Of a stretch of DNA of 64,000 bases, positions 55,176 to 64,000 are shown piece after piece (position 1 is the first letter of the stretch; each line of letters begins with the position of its first letter). The translations under genes and the position numbers were made by a program. The stretch covers positions 3,840,001 to 3,904,000 of the forward strand of contig OY762911.1 in NCBI GenBank assembly GCA_963666565.1. Reading direction: 5' to 3'. Below the pieces are notes generated by a model, which was not told the origin of the DNA, made no database searches, and worked only from the letters and a program-made list of their open reading frames with translations. Source of the stretch: Thermoanaerobaculia bacterium (GTDB lineage Bacteria; Acidobacteriota; Thermoanaerobaculia; Multivoradales; Multivoraceae).

Positions 55176-57575
55176 GTGAGCGCCGCGCCATCGCGCACGG
55201 AACAGGCCGCCTCGTCGGTGCGCGGGGCTTCTGACCCGCTGCCGCCGGAGGCGGCCAGAAAGACGCGCCCGCCGTCAGGCCGGCGCCACTCTGGCGGCCA
55301 GTTCCCTGCGAGCCTTGGCGATCGCCTGCCGGCGACGGCGGGCAGAGCCTCGCCCGACGAGATCCTGGACCGCTTCCTCGACTGGGTCGCCGGGCTCGGC
55401 TTCGAGCTGTTCCCGGCGCAGGAGGAGGCGCTGATCGAGGTGATGGCGGGTCGCCACCTCGTGCTCGACACGCCGACCGGCTCCGGCAAGTCCCTGGTCG
55501 CCATGGCGATGCTCTGGAAGGGCCTGTGCGAGGGCCGCACCGGCTTCTACACGGCCCCGGTCAAGGCCCTGGCTTCCGAGCAGTTCTTCCGCATGTGCAA
55601 CGACTTCGGCGCCGAGCGGGTGGGCATGCTGACCGGCGACGCCAGCATCAACCCGGAGGCGCCGATCGTCTGCTGCACCGCCGAGGTGCTCGCGAACATG
55701 GCTCTGCGCCGGGGCGCGGACCTGCCCGTCGACTACGTCGTGATGGACGAGTTCCACTTCTACGCGGATCCCGCCCGCGGCGTGTCCTGGCAGGTGCCCC
55801 TGATCGCGCTTCCCGACACGACCTTCCTGCTGATGTCTGCGACGCTCGGCAACATGGCGCCGATCGGCGAGGCCCTGGAGCGCGCGACGGGCCGTTCCGT
55901 GGCGATCGTCAGGAGCAAGGACCGGCCGGTGCCGCTCGAGTTCGAGTACCGCGAGACGCCGCTTCACGTCACGATCGAGGAACTCGCGAGCGCCGGCCGG
56001 GCGCCCATCTACGTCGTCAACTTCACCCAGCAGGACTGCGCGCGGCTCGCCCAGAACCTGACCAGCCTGAGACTCTGTTCCCGGGAGGAGAAGAAGGCGA
56101 TCTTCACGGAGATCGGGGACTTCCGCTTCGACACCGCCTACGGCAGGGACATCCGGCGCTTCCTCGGCTTCGGCGTCGGCATCCACCACGCCGGGCTGCT
56201 GCCGAAGTACCGGCTGCTGGTCGAGAAGCTCGCGCAGGCGGGGCTGCTCAAGGTGATCGCCGGCACGGACACGCTGGGCGTCGGCGTCAACGTGCCAATC
56301 CGCACCGTCCTCTTCCGGCAGCTCTGCAAGTTCGACGGCGAGCAGGACACGATTCTCAAGGTGCGCGACTTCCAGCAGATCGCCGGCCGCGCCGGCCGCA
56401 AGGGCTTCGACGAACGCGGCTGGGTCGTGTGCCAGGCGCCCGCACACGAGATCGAGAACCGGCGCAGGAGTCTGAAAGCGAGAAGCTCGCCGCGCGGCCG
56501 GGGCCGCAAGCCGGTCCGCAAGCGGCCGCCGCCGCGCGGCTTCGTCCCCTGGAATGAGCGCACGTTCGAGCGCCTCGCGACCAGTCCCCCCGAGACTCTG
56601 GAATCCCGCTTCCGGCTCCGCCACGGCATGGTCTTCGACCTGATCCAGGCCGACGAGTCCTCCCGCGACGGCGGTCGCGGCGCGAACTTCGACTCGTTGC
56701 GGCGGCTGATCGCCGCCTGCCACGAAGCCCCGGCGAGGAAGAGCCGCCTGCTCGGCCAGTCGGCGGGACTCGTGCGGTCGCTGCACCGCGCCGGCATCGT
56801 CCGCATGGCGGCGCGGCCGGGCGGCGGCTACCGCGTCGAGGCCGACCGCGACCTCCAGATCGAGTTCTCGATGCACCAGCATCTGTCGCTCTACCTCGTC
56901 TCGACCCTGGAACTGCTCGACCCGGAAGAACCGGACTACGACCTGAACGTGCTCAGCCTGGTCGAGGCGATCCTGGAGGACCCGGGCATCGTGCTGCGCC
57001 GCCAGGCCGCGAAGCTGCGCGACGAGCTCGCCGCCAGGCTCAAGGCGAAGCGGATGCCGTTCGAGGAGAGGATGGAGCGACTGCGGCAGGTCACCCACCC
57101 CCGGCCCCTGGCCGACCTGATCGAACCGACGTTCGAGGAGTTCCGGCGTTCCCACCCCTGGGTTCAGGGCGACTCGGTGCGGCCGAAGCGGGTCGGCCGC
57201 GAGGTCTGCGAAGACTCCCTGAGCTTCGACGACTTCATCCGGCGTTACGGCCTGCAGCGCTCCGAGGGCGTCGTCCTCCGCTACCTGAGCCGCCTGTTCA
57301 AGGTGCTGAGCCGCGGCGTTCCGGACCGGTTCAGGACGGAGGCCGTGCTCGACCGGATCGGCTATCTGCGCGACCTGCTCACGGCGGTCGACAGCAGCCT
57401 CCTGGACGAATGGGAACGGCTGGCGGCGCTGGAGGAGGCGGTCGCGGCCGGCGCCGGCGACGGGGCCGGCGGATCTACCGGCGACGCCCCACGCCGAGCT
57501 TGGGACACCACTCCTCCACCGGACAGCGGGAGCACCACGGACTCACCGGCGCGCAGAGCTTCTGGCCGAAACTGA
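55176..57575 (+). CDS. Ski2/HelY-like DExH helicase (DUF3516 type)
   Basis: PTGSGKS, DEFH, MSAT, HHAGLLP, GTDTLGVGVN, QIAGRAGR; start uncertain. Confidence 0.92.
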   Translation: MSAAPSRTEQAASSVRGASDPLPPEAARKTRPPSGRRHSGGQFPASLGDRLPATAGRASPDEILDRFLDWVAGLGFELFPAQEEALIEVMAGRHLVLDTPTGSGKSLVAMAMLWKGLCEGRTGFYTAPVKALASEQFFRMCNDFGAERVGMLTGDASINPEAPIVCCTAEVLANMALRRGADLPVDYVVMDEFHFYADPARGVSWQVPLIALPDTTFLLMSATLGNMAPIGEALERATGRSVAIVRSKDRPVPLEFEYRETPLHVTIEELASAGRAPIYVVNFTQQDCARLAQNLTSLRLCSREEKKAIFTEIGDFRFDTAYGRDIRRFLGFGVGIHHAGLLPKYRLLVEKLAQAGLLKVIAGTDTLGVGVNVPIRTVLFRQLCKFDGEQDTILKVRDFQQIAGRAGRKGFDERGWVVCQAPAHEIENRRRSLKARSSPRGRGRKPVRKRPPPRGFVPWNERTFERLATSPPETLESRFRLRHGMVFDLIQADESSRDGGRGANFDSLRRLIAACHEAPARKSRLLGQSAGLVRSLHRAGIVRMAARPGGGYRVEADRDLQIEFSMHQHLSLYLVSTLELLDPEEPDYDLNVLSLVEAILEDPGIVLRRQAAKLRDELAARLKAKRMPFEERMERLRQVTHPRPLADLIEPTFEEFRRSHPWVQGDSVRPKRVGREVCEDSLSFDDFIRRYGLQRSEGVVLRYLSRLFKVLSRGVPDRFRTEAVLDRIGYLRDLLTAVDSSLLDEWERLAALEEAVAAGAGDGAGGSTGDAPRRAWDTTPPPDSGSTTDSPARRASGRN
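55217..55256 (+). repeat. Degenerate half-REPIN
   Basis: GGTGCGCGGGGCTTCTGACCCGC-TGCCGCCGGAGGCGGCC matches one arm plus the spacer start of the doublets. Confidence 0.7.
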
Positions 57576-58107
57576 CGAGGGTCTTGTTCAGGCCGATCCA
57601 CTGGCTGCGCGGCAGCTTCGCGCGCAACGCCATCTCCGTCTCGAGCGGGGTCTTCGTGTCCACGTAGCCCCAGAGATTCACGATCCGGTGCACGTGGGTG
57701 TCGACGCAGATGCCGGGGCGGCGGAACCCCTCGGTGACGACCAGGTTGGCCGTCTTGCGGCCGACGCCGGGGAGTTCGACCAGCTCCTCGACGGTGCGGG
57801 GCACCTCGCCGCCGAACCGCTCGCGCAGCACCGTCATCGCGAGCTTCAGGTTCTTCGCCTTCGTGCGATAGAAGCCGACCGGGAAGATCAGCCGTTCGAG
57901 TTCCGCCCGCGGCAGCGCGCCGATCTCCTCCGGCGTCGAAGCCGCCTCGAACAGGCGCCGGGTCGCCCCCGCCGTCGCCTCGTCCTTTGTCCGGGCGCTC
58001 AGGATCGTCGAGACCAGCACCTTGAAGGGATCGCGCTCGGTCTCCGCGATCAGCGTGACGATCGGCAGTTCGGAACCCTCCAGATGCCGCCGGATGCGGC
58101 GCAGCAT
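57475..58107 (-). CDS. nth: Endonuclease III (HhH-GPD, 4Fe-4S)
   Basis: LSARTKD, LPGVGRKTAN, VDTHVHR, C-x6-CSRC-x5-C; start may be GTG 58152. Confidence 0.92.
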   Translation of the reverse strand: MLRRIRRHLEGSELPIVTLIAETERDPFKVLVSTILSARTKDEATAGATRRLFEAASTPEEIGALPRAELERLIFPVGFYRTKAKNLKLAMTVLRERFGGEVPRTVEELVELPGVGRKTANLVVTEGFRRPGICVDTHVHRIVNLWGYVDTKTPLETEMALRAKLPRSQWIGLNKTLVSFGQKLCAPVSPWCSRCPVEEWCPKLGVGRRR

Positions 58108-58233
58108 CGCCGCCAGTCGGCGGTTCGAGGGCGGCGTCGGCGACGGAGGCACGGCGGTCGTGAGAATACCGCCGCGCGCGCCCCGAAGGCCTCGCCGGCG
58201 CGCAGGGAACCGGCCGCCAACCCGGCTCACACC

Positions 58234-58257
58234 GGGAGCGCGGGTCTTCTGACCCGC
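58234..58257 (+). repeat. REP-like palindrome (GGAG variant)
   Basis: GGGAGCGCGGGTCTTCTGACCCGC between divergent genes. Confidence 0.75.
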
Positions 58258-58296
58258 TGCCGGCGTAGCCGGCCCGGGTACTGCTAGCTTGGGGCG

Positions 58297-59211
58297 GTGA
58301 ACGTGGCCGTCAGCGGCGCCTCCGGCCTGATCGGCGGCGCCCTCGCCCGGAGCTGCGAAGCCGCGGGCGATCGCTGCCGCCGGCTGGTGCGCCGCGCGCC
58401 CTCCGGCCCGGACGAACTCGAATGGCGGCCCGAATGCGGCCTGATGGACGCGGATGCGGCTTCCGGCCTCGACGTTCTGGTCCACCTGGCCGGCGAGAAC
58501 GTCGCCGGCGGCCGCTGGACCGCCACGCGCAGGCGCCGGATCGGCGCCTCCCGCGGCCCTGCGACGCGTCGGCTGGTCGAGTCGCTGGGTCGCCTCGAGC
58601 GACCGCCGCGGGTCTTCGTCTGCGCCTCCGCGGTGGGCTACTACGGCGATCGCGGCAACGAACTCCTGGACGAGACGTCCGCCGCCGGCGCCGGTTTTCT
58701 CGCCTCCGTGTGCCGGGACTGGGAGGCCGCAGCCCTGACCGCGGCCGAGGTCTGCGAGCGCGTGGCGATGCTGCGCTTCGGCGTCGTGCTCTCGGCCCGC
58801 GGCGGCGCCCTGGCCAGGATGCTGCCTCCGTTCCGGCTCGGGTTCGGCGGCCGCCTCGGATCCGGCCGGCAGTACTTTCCCTGGATCCACCTCGACGACG
58901 CGGTGGCCGCGATCCGGCACGTGACGGAACTGGACGTCCGCGGCGCGGTGAACCTCGCCGCCCCGGAACAGGTCGTGAACGCCGGCCTGACCCGGACCCT
59001 CGCCAACACCCTGGGCCGGCCGGCCCTGCTCCCGGCGCCCTCCCCGCTCCTCCGGCTGGCCTTCGGCGAGATGGCGCGGGAGACGCTCCTCGCCAGCGCG
59101 AGAGTCGTCCCCGGGGTGCTGCGGGAGACCGGCTTCCAGTACCGGTATCCCACGCTGGAAGCGGCGCTCGCCCGCGAACTGACCGGGGGCCGCGAGGCCG
59201 GCTATCGCTAG
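58297..59211 (+). CDS. TIGR01777 family NAD-dependent epimerase
   Basis: SGASGLIG, HLAGEN, ASAVGYYG, FLASVCRDWE, GSGRQYFPWIHLDD. Confidence 0.93.
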   Translation: MNVAVSGASGLIGGALARSCEAAGDRCRRLVRRAPSGPDELEWRPECGLMDADAASGLDVLVHLAGENVAGGRWTATRRRRIGASRGPATRRLVESLGRLERPPRVFVCASAVGYYGDRGNELLDETSAAGAGFLASVCRDWEAAALTAAEVCERVAMLRFGVVLSARGGALARMLPPFRLGFGGRLGSGRQYFPWIHLDDAVAAIRHVTELDVRGAVNLAAPEQVVNAGLTRTLANTLGRPALLPAPSPLLRLAFGEMARETLLASARVVPGVLRETGFQYRYPTLEAALARELTGGREAGYR

Positions 59212-59338
59212 AATCCGGGAAGCGAAACGGCGCCCGGCGCGTTGCCCACTCGCGAGAGTGCTGCCGGCAGGCCGCCACGCCGGCGCCAAGGCAGGGCCGG
59301 CACTCCCGGCCGACCGACGCCCGACTACCCGCTGAACC

Positions 59339-60064
59339 ATGGCCTTCAAGCTCGAGAGACGCAAGACCGCCGGGTCGAAGTCCGCGCCCGGATCGCTGCA
59401 TCTGGGCGGCGCCCCGTACGAATTGCCGCCGGAGAACCGGACCCCGCTGCGGATCGCGGTCGTCGCGACGATCCTCTTTCACGCCCTGCTGTTCGTCATC
59501 AGCTTCCCCAGCGTCCGGCCGCGCGCACTCCAGGCCGCGCAGGCGCCGAAGGCGTTCGTCGTCCAGGCCGTCCGCTTCAAGCCGCCGCCGCCCGCCAAGG
59601 CGGAGCCCATTCCGAAGCGCAAGACGAAGAAGATCCCGATTCCCGACCCGACTCCCGACGAGCCCGAGCCCCTGATCCGCGAGCAGCTCTTCGAGGCGCC
59701 GCAACTGGAGATCGACGGCATCGCCGACGTCCTGTTCGACCTCCCCGAAGCCCCCTCGCCCGCCGGACCGCCGGGCACCATGTGGGTCGAAGGCGACGTC
59801 CTGCCCCCGAAGAAGACCTACGCGCCGCTGCCCAACTACACCGAAGAGGCGCGCCAGGCACGCATCCAGGGCGTCGTCATCCTGCAGGCCGTCGTCGATG
59901 CCCTGGGCAACGTCGGCTACGTCAAGGTGCTCAAGGGCCTGCCGGAGGGCCTCACCGAATCCGCCGTCCAGGTCGTCCAGGAGTGGCGCTACGAACCCGC
60001 CACTCTGGACGGCGAACCGGTGCCGGTCTACATCAACCTGACGGTCAACTTCTCGCTGCAGTAG
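59339..60064 (+). CDS. tonB: Energy transducer TonB
   Basis: TM helix with conserved His, Pro-rich linker, PNYTEEARQARIQGVVIL...WRYEPA...VNFSL C-domain. Confidence 0.88.
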   Translation: MAFKLERRKTAGSKSAPGSLHLGGAPYELPPENRTPLRIAVVATILFHALLFVISFPSVRPRALQAAQAPKAFVVQAVRFKPPPPAKAEPIPKRKTKKIPIPDPTPDEPEPLIREQLFEAPQLEIDGIADVLFDLPEAPSPAGPPGTMWVEGDVLPPKKTYAPLPNYTEEARQARIQGVVILQAVVDALGNVGYVKVLKGLPEGLTESAVQVVQEWRYEPATLDGEPVPVYINLTVNFSLQ

Positions 60065-60072
60065 CGCGGTTC

Positions 60073-60124
60073 GGCGCGATGGCGCGATGGCGCGGCGGCG
60101 CGGCGGCGCGGCGGCGCGACGGCG
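60073..60124. repeat. 8-bp tandem repeat, six copies
   Basis: GGCGCGAT x2, GGCGCGGC x3, GGCGCGAC. Confidence 0.8.
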
Positions 60125-60142
60125 GTCGGACCCGCCCGCGCC

Positions 60143-60300
60143 GAGGCCGGGGGGAGGGTCCCGGCGGACGCTCGCGCCTTCCCGGTGGAGGTAGAGACGG
60201 GCGCTCGCTTCGGTCGGCTGCGCTCCGCTGCGCGGCCGGTGGATGGACGGACATGGGCAGTCGCTGGCCTCCAGCCCGCCGGGACCCTCCCCCCGGCCTC
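60143..60300. mobile_element. 158-bp element with perfect 25-bp terminal inverted repeats (MITE-like)
   Basis: GAGGCCGGGGGGAGGGTCCCGGCGG (60143-60167) and its exact reverse complement (60276-60300). Confidence 0.55.
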
Positions 60301-60332
60301 AGTGCGGGCCGGACGTAGAGGCGCGCGTTGTG

Positions 60333-60554
60333 TTGCACTTGTGCAAGTCAAGACTGTTTGTGGGACACTTTTTGACGCCAAGTGTTCCACAAACCAGTTT
60401 GACGGACAGAAGTGCTCCACAAACGAAGATCTCCATTCCCGTCCGTTCCTGTCGTCGCGCACCACTTGTACGTCGACGAGATTTGTGGAACGATTACGCA
60501 CTTCAAGTGTCCGACAAACCAGTTTGACGGACAAAAATGCTCCACAACGAAGAT
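60333..60554. repeat. AT-richer array of six 15-bp boxes in two 125-bp-period modules
   Basis: Box AAGTGYTCCACAAAC: inverted at 60356 and 60481, direct at 60380, 60410, 60505 and 60535; palindrome TTGCAC-TT-GTGCAA at 60333-60346. Confidence 0.85.
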
Positions 60555-60576
60555 TCGTCCAGAGACTCAAGCGCCC

Positions 60577-61692
60577 ATGACGCCAGCTCACTACCAACCC
60601 GAGAGCTTCCCACCCGACGACCGGCTCGACTGGGCCTCCCTGGTGCCCTTGATCGGCTCGGCGTCGGTCGCGGTCGCCCGCTACGACGGCTTGCTGGAGG
60701 CAGTGCCCAACGCGGACATCCTCGTCGCCCCCTTGGGCGACCGTGAAGCCGTCCTGTCGTCGCGCATCGAAGGCACGCAGGCAAGTACGCGCCAAGTTCT
60801 CGAGTACGAAGCCGGCCAGGAGCCCCCCTCCGCCGAGCTTCGCGACGACATCATCGAGATCCTGAACTACCGTGCGGCGATGCGCGAGGCTCAGATCCTC
60901 CTCAGAGAGCTCCCGCTGTGCCTCAAGGTCATGCGCCTCGCCCATGGCGTCCTCCTGCGTGGCGCCCGGGGCAGAAGTCACTCTCCCGGCGAGTTCCGGC
61001 GCATTCCGAACTGGATCGGCCCACCCGGCTGCCCCATCGACAAGGCCACCTTCGTTCCCATCGAAGCCGGCGAGCTGCCCGCAGCACTGGACCGGTGGGA
61101 GAAGTACCTCCACGAACGCCAGTTGGACCCACTGGTCCAACTCGCGGTCCTGCACGCCGAGTTCGAGGCCCTGCACCCCTTCCTCGACGGCAACGGCCGG
61201 CTGGGGCGCATGCTGGTGCCGCTCTATCTCTGGCAGAAGGGCATCATCCACCGGCCCAGCTTCTACATCAGCGGGTTCCTGGAAGCGAATCGCTCCGTCT
61301 ACTACGAACGTCTTCTTGCCGTGTCCCGCGACGACGACTGGACGGGCTGGTGCCGGTTCTTCCTGGAAGCGGTGCTGGCTCAGGCCAAGGACAGCACCGC
61401 CAGGGCGCGGAGAATCCTCGATCTGTACGAAGAAACCAAGCGTCGCGTAGCGAGCCTGACCCATGCGCGCTACGCCATCGCCGCACTCGACTTCGTCTTC
61501 CAGAACCCCATCTGCACCGCCGCCGACTTCAGCGCTCGCCGCGACGTTCCGATCTACGCCGCGCGCCGCATTCTGAACGCATTCCGCGAAGACGGCATCC
61601 TGCGGTTCACGCGCCCGGCCAGCGGCCGTCGCTCCGCGATCTTCGAGTTCACCGACCTCCTCGAAATCGCGGACGGCGATCTGGAACCATGA
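60577..61692 (+). CDS. Fic family protein (N-terminal autoinhibitory helix, C-terminal HTH)
   Basis: HPFLDGNGRLGR Fic motif; SSRIEGT inhibitory motif; C-terminal wHTH-like region. Confidence 0.93.
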   Translation: MTPAHYQPESFPPDDRLDWASLVPLIGSASVAVARYDGLLEAVPNADILVAPLGDREAVLSSRIEGTQASTRQVLEYEAGQEPPSAELRDDIIEILNYRAAMREAQILLRELPLCLKVMRLAHGVLLRGARGRSHSPGEFRRIPNWIGPPGCPIDKATFVPIEAGELPAALDRWEKYLHERQLDPLVQLAVLHAEFEALHPFLDGNGRLGRMLVPLYLWQKGIIHRPSFYISGFLEANRSVYYERLLAVSRDDDWTGWCRFFLEAVLAQAKDSTARARRILDLYEETKRRVASLTHARYAIAALDFVFQNPICTAADFSARRDVPIYAARRILNAFREDGILRFTRPASGRRSAIFEFTDLLEIADGDLEP

Positions 61693-61714
61693 AGAACGCC
61701 CGCGCCAGCCGCCG

Positions 61715-64000
61715 ATGAGACTCTCCTGGAACGAGATCCGCCCCCGCGCCGCCGAGTTCGCCCGCAAGTGGGCCGATGCCGGCTACGAGAAGGGCGAGAC
61801 GCAGAGCTTCTACAACGCCTTCTTCCGGATCTTCGGCGTCGAGCGGCGCAGCGTCGCCCGCTACGAGGAGCACGTCAAGCGTCTGGACGACTCGCAGGGC
61901 TTCATCGACCTGTTCTGGCCGGGGGTGCTGCTGGTCGAGCAGAAAAGCGCCGGCCGGGATCTCGCCGCGGCGCGCCGTCAGGCGCTCTCCTACTTCGACG
62001 CCCTGAAGGAGCACGAGCGGCCCCGCTACCTGCTGCTGTGCGACTTCCGGAACTTCGAACTGCTCGATCTCGACGAAGACGAAGAGTCGCGGTTCACGCT
62101 CGCCGAGTTGCCGGAGCACGTCGAGAAGTTCGGCTTCATCCTCGGCGTCCAGCGCCGCGCGTTCCGCGACCAGGATCCGGTCAACGTCGAAGCGTCCGAA
62201 CTGATGGCCCGGCTCCACGACCGGCTGCTGGAGACCGGCTACGGCGGTCACGACCTGGAGCTGTTCCTGGTGCGGACGGTGTTCTGCCTCTTCGCCGACG
62301 ACACGGGGATCTTCGAGCCCCGGGATCAGCTTCTGGAACTCCTCGAACAGCGCACCGCGGAAGACGGCAGCGACCTCGGCGGCTGGCTGGCCCGCCTGTT
62401 CCAGGTGCTGAACACGCCGGAAGACCGCCGCCAGGCGACCCTGGACGAGGATCTCGCCCGTTTCCCCTACGTCAACGGCGACCTGTTCGCCGAGACCCTG
62501 TCGATCCCCGAATTCGACGCCGGGATGCGCGTCGCCCTGCTCGACGCCTGCCGCTTCGACTGGACCGCGATCTCGCCGGCCATCTTCGGCACGCTGTTCC
62601 AGTCCGTCATGGAACCGGCCGAGCAGCGGATCAAGGGCAGCCACTACACGTCGGAGGCGACGTCCTGAAGGTCATCGAGCCCCTGTTCCTGGACGACCTG
62701 CGCGGCGAGTTCGAGCGGCTCAGGCGGAGCCGCGGCACCCGCCGCAACGCCGAGCTCCACGCCTTCCGGCAGCGCCTGGGGAACCTGCGCTTCCTCGACC
62801 CGGCCTGCGGCTGCGGCAACTTCCTCGTCATCGCCTACCGCGAGTTGCGGCAACTGGAGATTGAGGTGCTGCGGGAGCTCTACGCGCCGGGCCAGCTCGG
62901 CCTGCTCGCCGACGTGCTGTCGCTGGTCGACGTGGACCAGTTCTACGGCATTGACCTCGACGAGTTCCCGAAGCGCATCACCGAGATCGCGCTGTGGATG
63001 ATGGACCACATCATGAACAACCGGCTCAGCCTGGAGTTCGGAACGGCCTACGCCCGGATCCCCCTCACGAGTTCGCCTCGAATCGTCCGCGGCGACGCCC
63101 TGGAGCTCGACTGGGCCGGCGTGCTGCCGCCGCGGGACTGCGACGTCGTCCTCGGCAATCCGCCGTTCGGGGGGTCAAAGGTCCAGACGCCGGAACAGCG
63201 GGCACAGGTGCGGCGGATCGCCGGTCTCGGTAGGAGCGGCGGCACGCTGGACTACGTCACCGCCTGGTTCCTGAAGGCCGGCGAGTACCTGCGCGCGGGT
63301 CTCGATTCGGGCGCCGGAGAAGGTGACGCGGCGAGTGCCACGCCACCGGGCGCGGGTGCGTCGGCGGCTCGCTCGACCGGCGGCGCCCACCAAGCGGCCG
63401 GGCGACCTCCGCGAATCGGCTTCGTCGCCACGAACTCGATCACCCAGGGCGAGCAGGTGGCCCAGTTGTGGCCACTCGTCTTCGACCGGCTGGGCCTGGA
63501 GATCGCGTTTGCCCACCGCACGTTCTCCTGGCAGTCCGACATCCGCGGCATGGCGCACGTCCACGTCGTGATCGTCGGTCTCACGCTGGCCGCGGACGCG
63601 CCAGCCGACCGGCGACTGTTCTCGTATCCCGATCTGAAGGGCGACGCGGAGGAGAGCATCCACACGGCGATCTCGCCGTACCTGTTCGACGCGGACGGCC
63701 TCGCGGACCCGCACCTCGTCGTGCGGGAGACGGCGCGGCCACTGAACGGCTGGCCCGCCCTGCTGAGCGGTTCCCAGCCCATCGACAACGGGCACTACAT
63801 CTTCAATGCCGATCAGCGGACGGACTTCCTGGACGCGGAACCGTTGGCCGAGAAGTTCCTGCGGCCCTACATCGGCTCACGCGAGCATTTGCAGGGCCGC
63901 CCACGCTGGATCCTCGCACTCCAGGACGCCGAGCCGAACGAACTCGCGGCCATGCCGTCGGTCGTGCGGCGCGTCAGGGCCGTGAGAGAGTTCCGGAGCG
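61715..64000 (+). pseudogene. MmeI-like type IIL restriction-modification enzyme with a 1-bp deletion near 62660; runs off the window
   Basis: Nuclease motif IDLFWPGVLLVEQKS; GSHYTSE; then in the shifted frame VLKVIEPLFL, FLDPACGCGNFL, GNPPF, FVATNSITQGEQ, AHRTFSW. Confidence 0.85.

Noticed and set aside
60356-60554. Mini-CRISPR or replication origin
   Set aside because: Only two modules with mixed box orientation; no cas, dnaA or rep gene nearby; boxes match the DnaA consensus only partly
60185-60580. ORFs across the box array, including the 60412 extension of fic
   Set aside because: The translations merely reflect the DNA repeats (KCSTNQFDGQ); Fic homology begins near ATG 60577

Overview
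GC-rich bacterial chromosomal segment. Protein styles (TonB proteins, LTNDDIVRMAQAGL-type secreted protein, lipoproteins) suggest an Acidobacteriota-like Gram-negative organism; this is inference. About 50 CDSs. Main contents: (1) A LysW-carrier operon lysW-lysX-lysY-lysZ-lysJ-lysK, preceded by a canonical sigma70 promoter, a 29-codon leader ORF and a terminator-like hairpin (probable attenuator), and followed directly by a BCCT transporter. (2) A pentaheme cytochrome, a GT-C-like membrane protein, a TonB-dependent receptor, and ABC and NCS2 transporters. (3) A 1554-aa single-chain biotin carboxylase with domain order CT-alpha/CT-beta/BC/BCCP. (4) aroE, a sugar ABC importer, a peptide ABC ATPase, a YfcC-family carrier and a bacterial myo-inositol oxygenase. 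(5) A selenoprotein that the ORF track splits in two: PrdB/GrdB-like, with an in-frame UGA in a UxxC motif, a SECIS-like hairpin and a C-terminal CxxC, lying head-to-head with msrB. (6) Housekeeping genes: RRM protein, DEAD-box helicase, MutS-like ATPase, glpFK, crotonase, ppk1, PP2C phosphatase, trmJ, Ski2-like helicase, nth, TIGR01777, tonB. (7) At the right end, an island-like region: a 158-bp element with 25-bp inverted repeats, an AT-richer array of six 15-bp boxes, a Fic gene and a frameshifted MmeI-like type IIL restriction-modification gene. A 24-bp palindromic REP-like repeat occurs 12 times, including two REPIN-like doublets, one of which is read in frame inside a gene. No rRNA, tRNA or CRISPR array was recognised.
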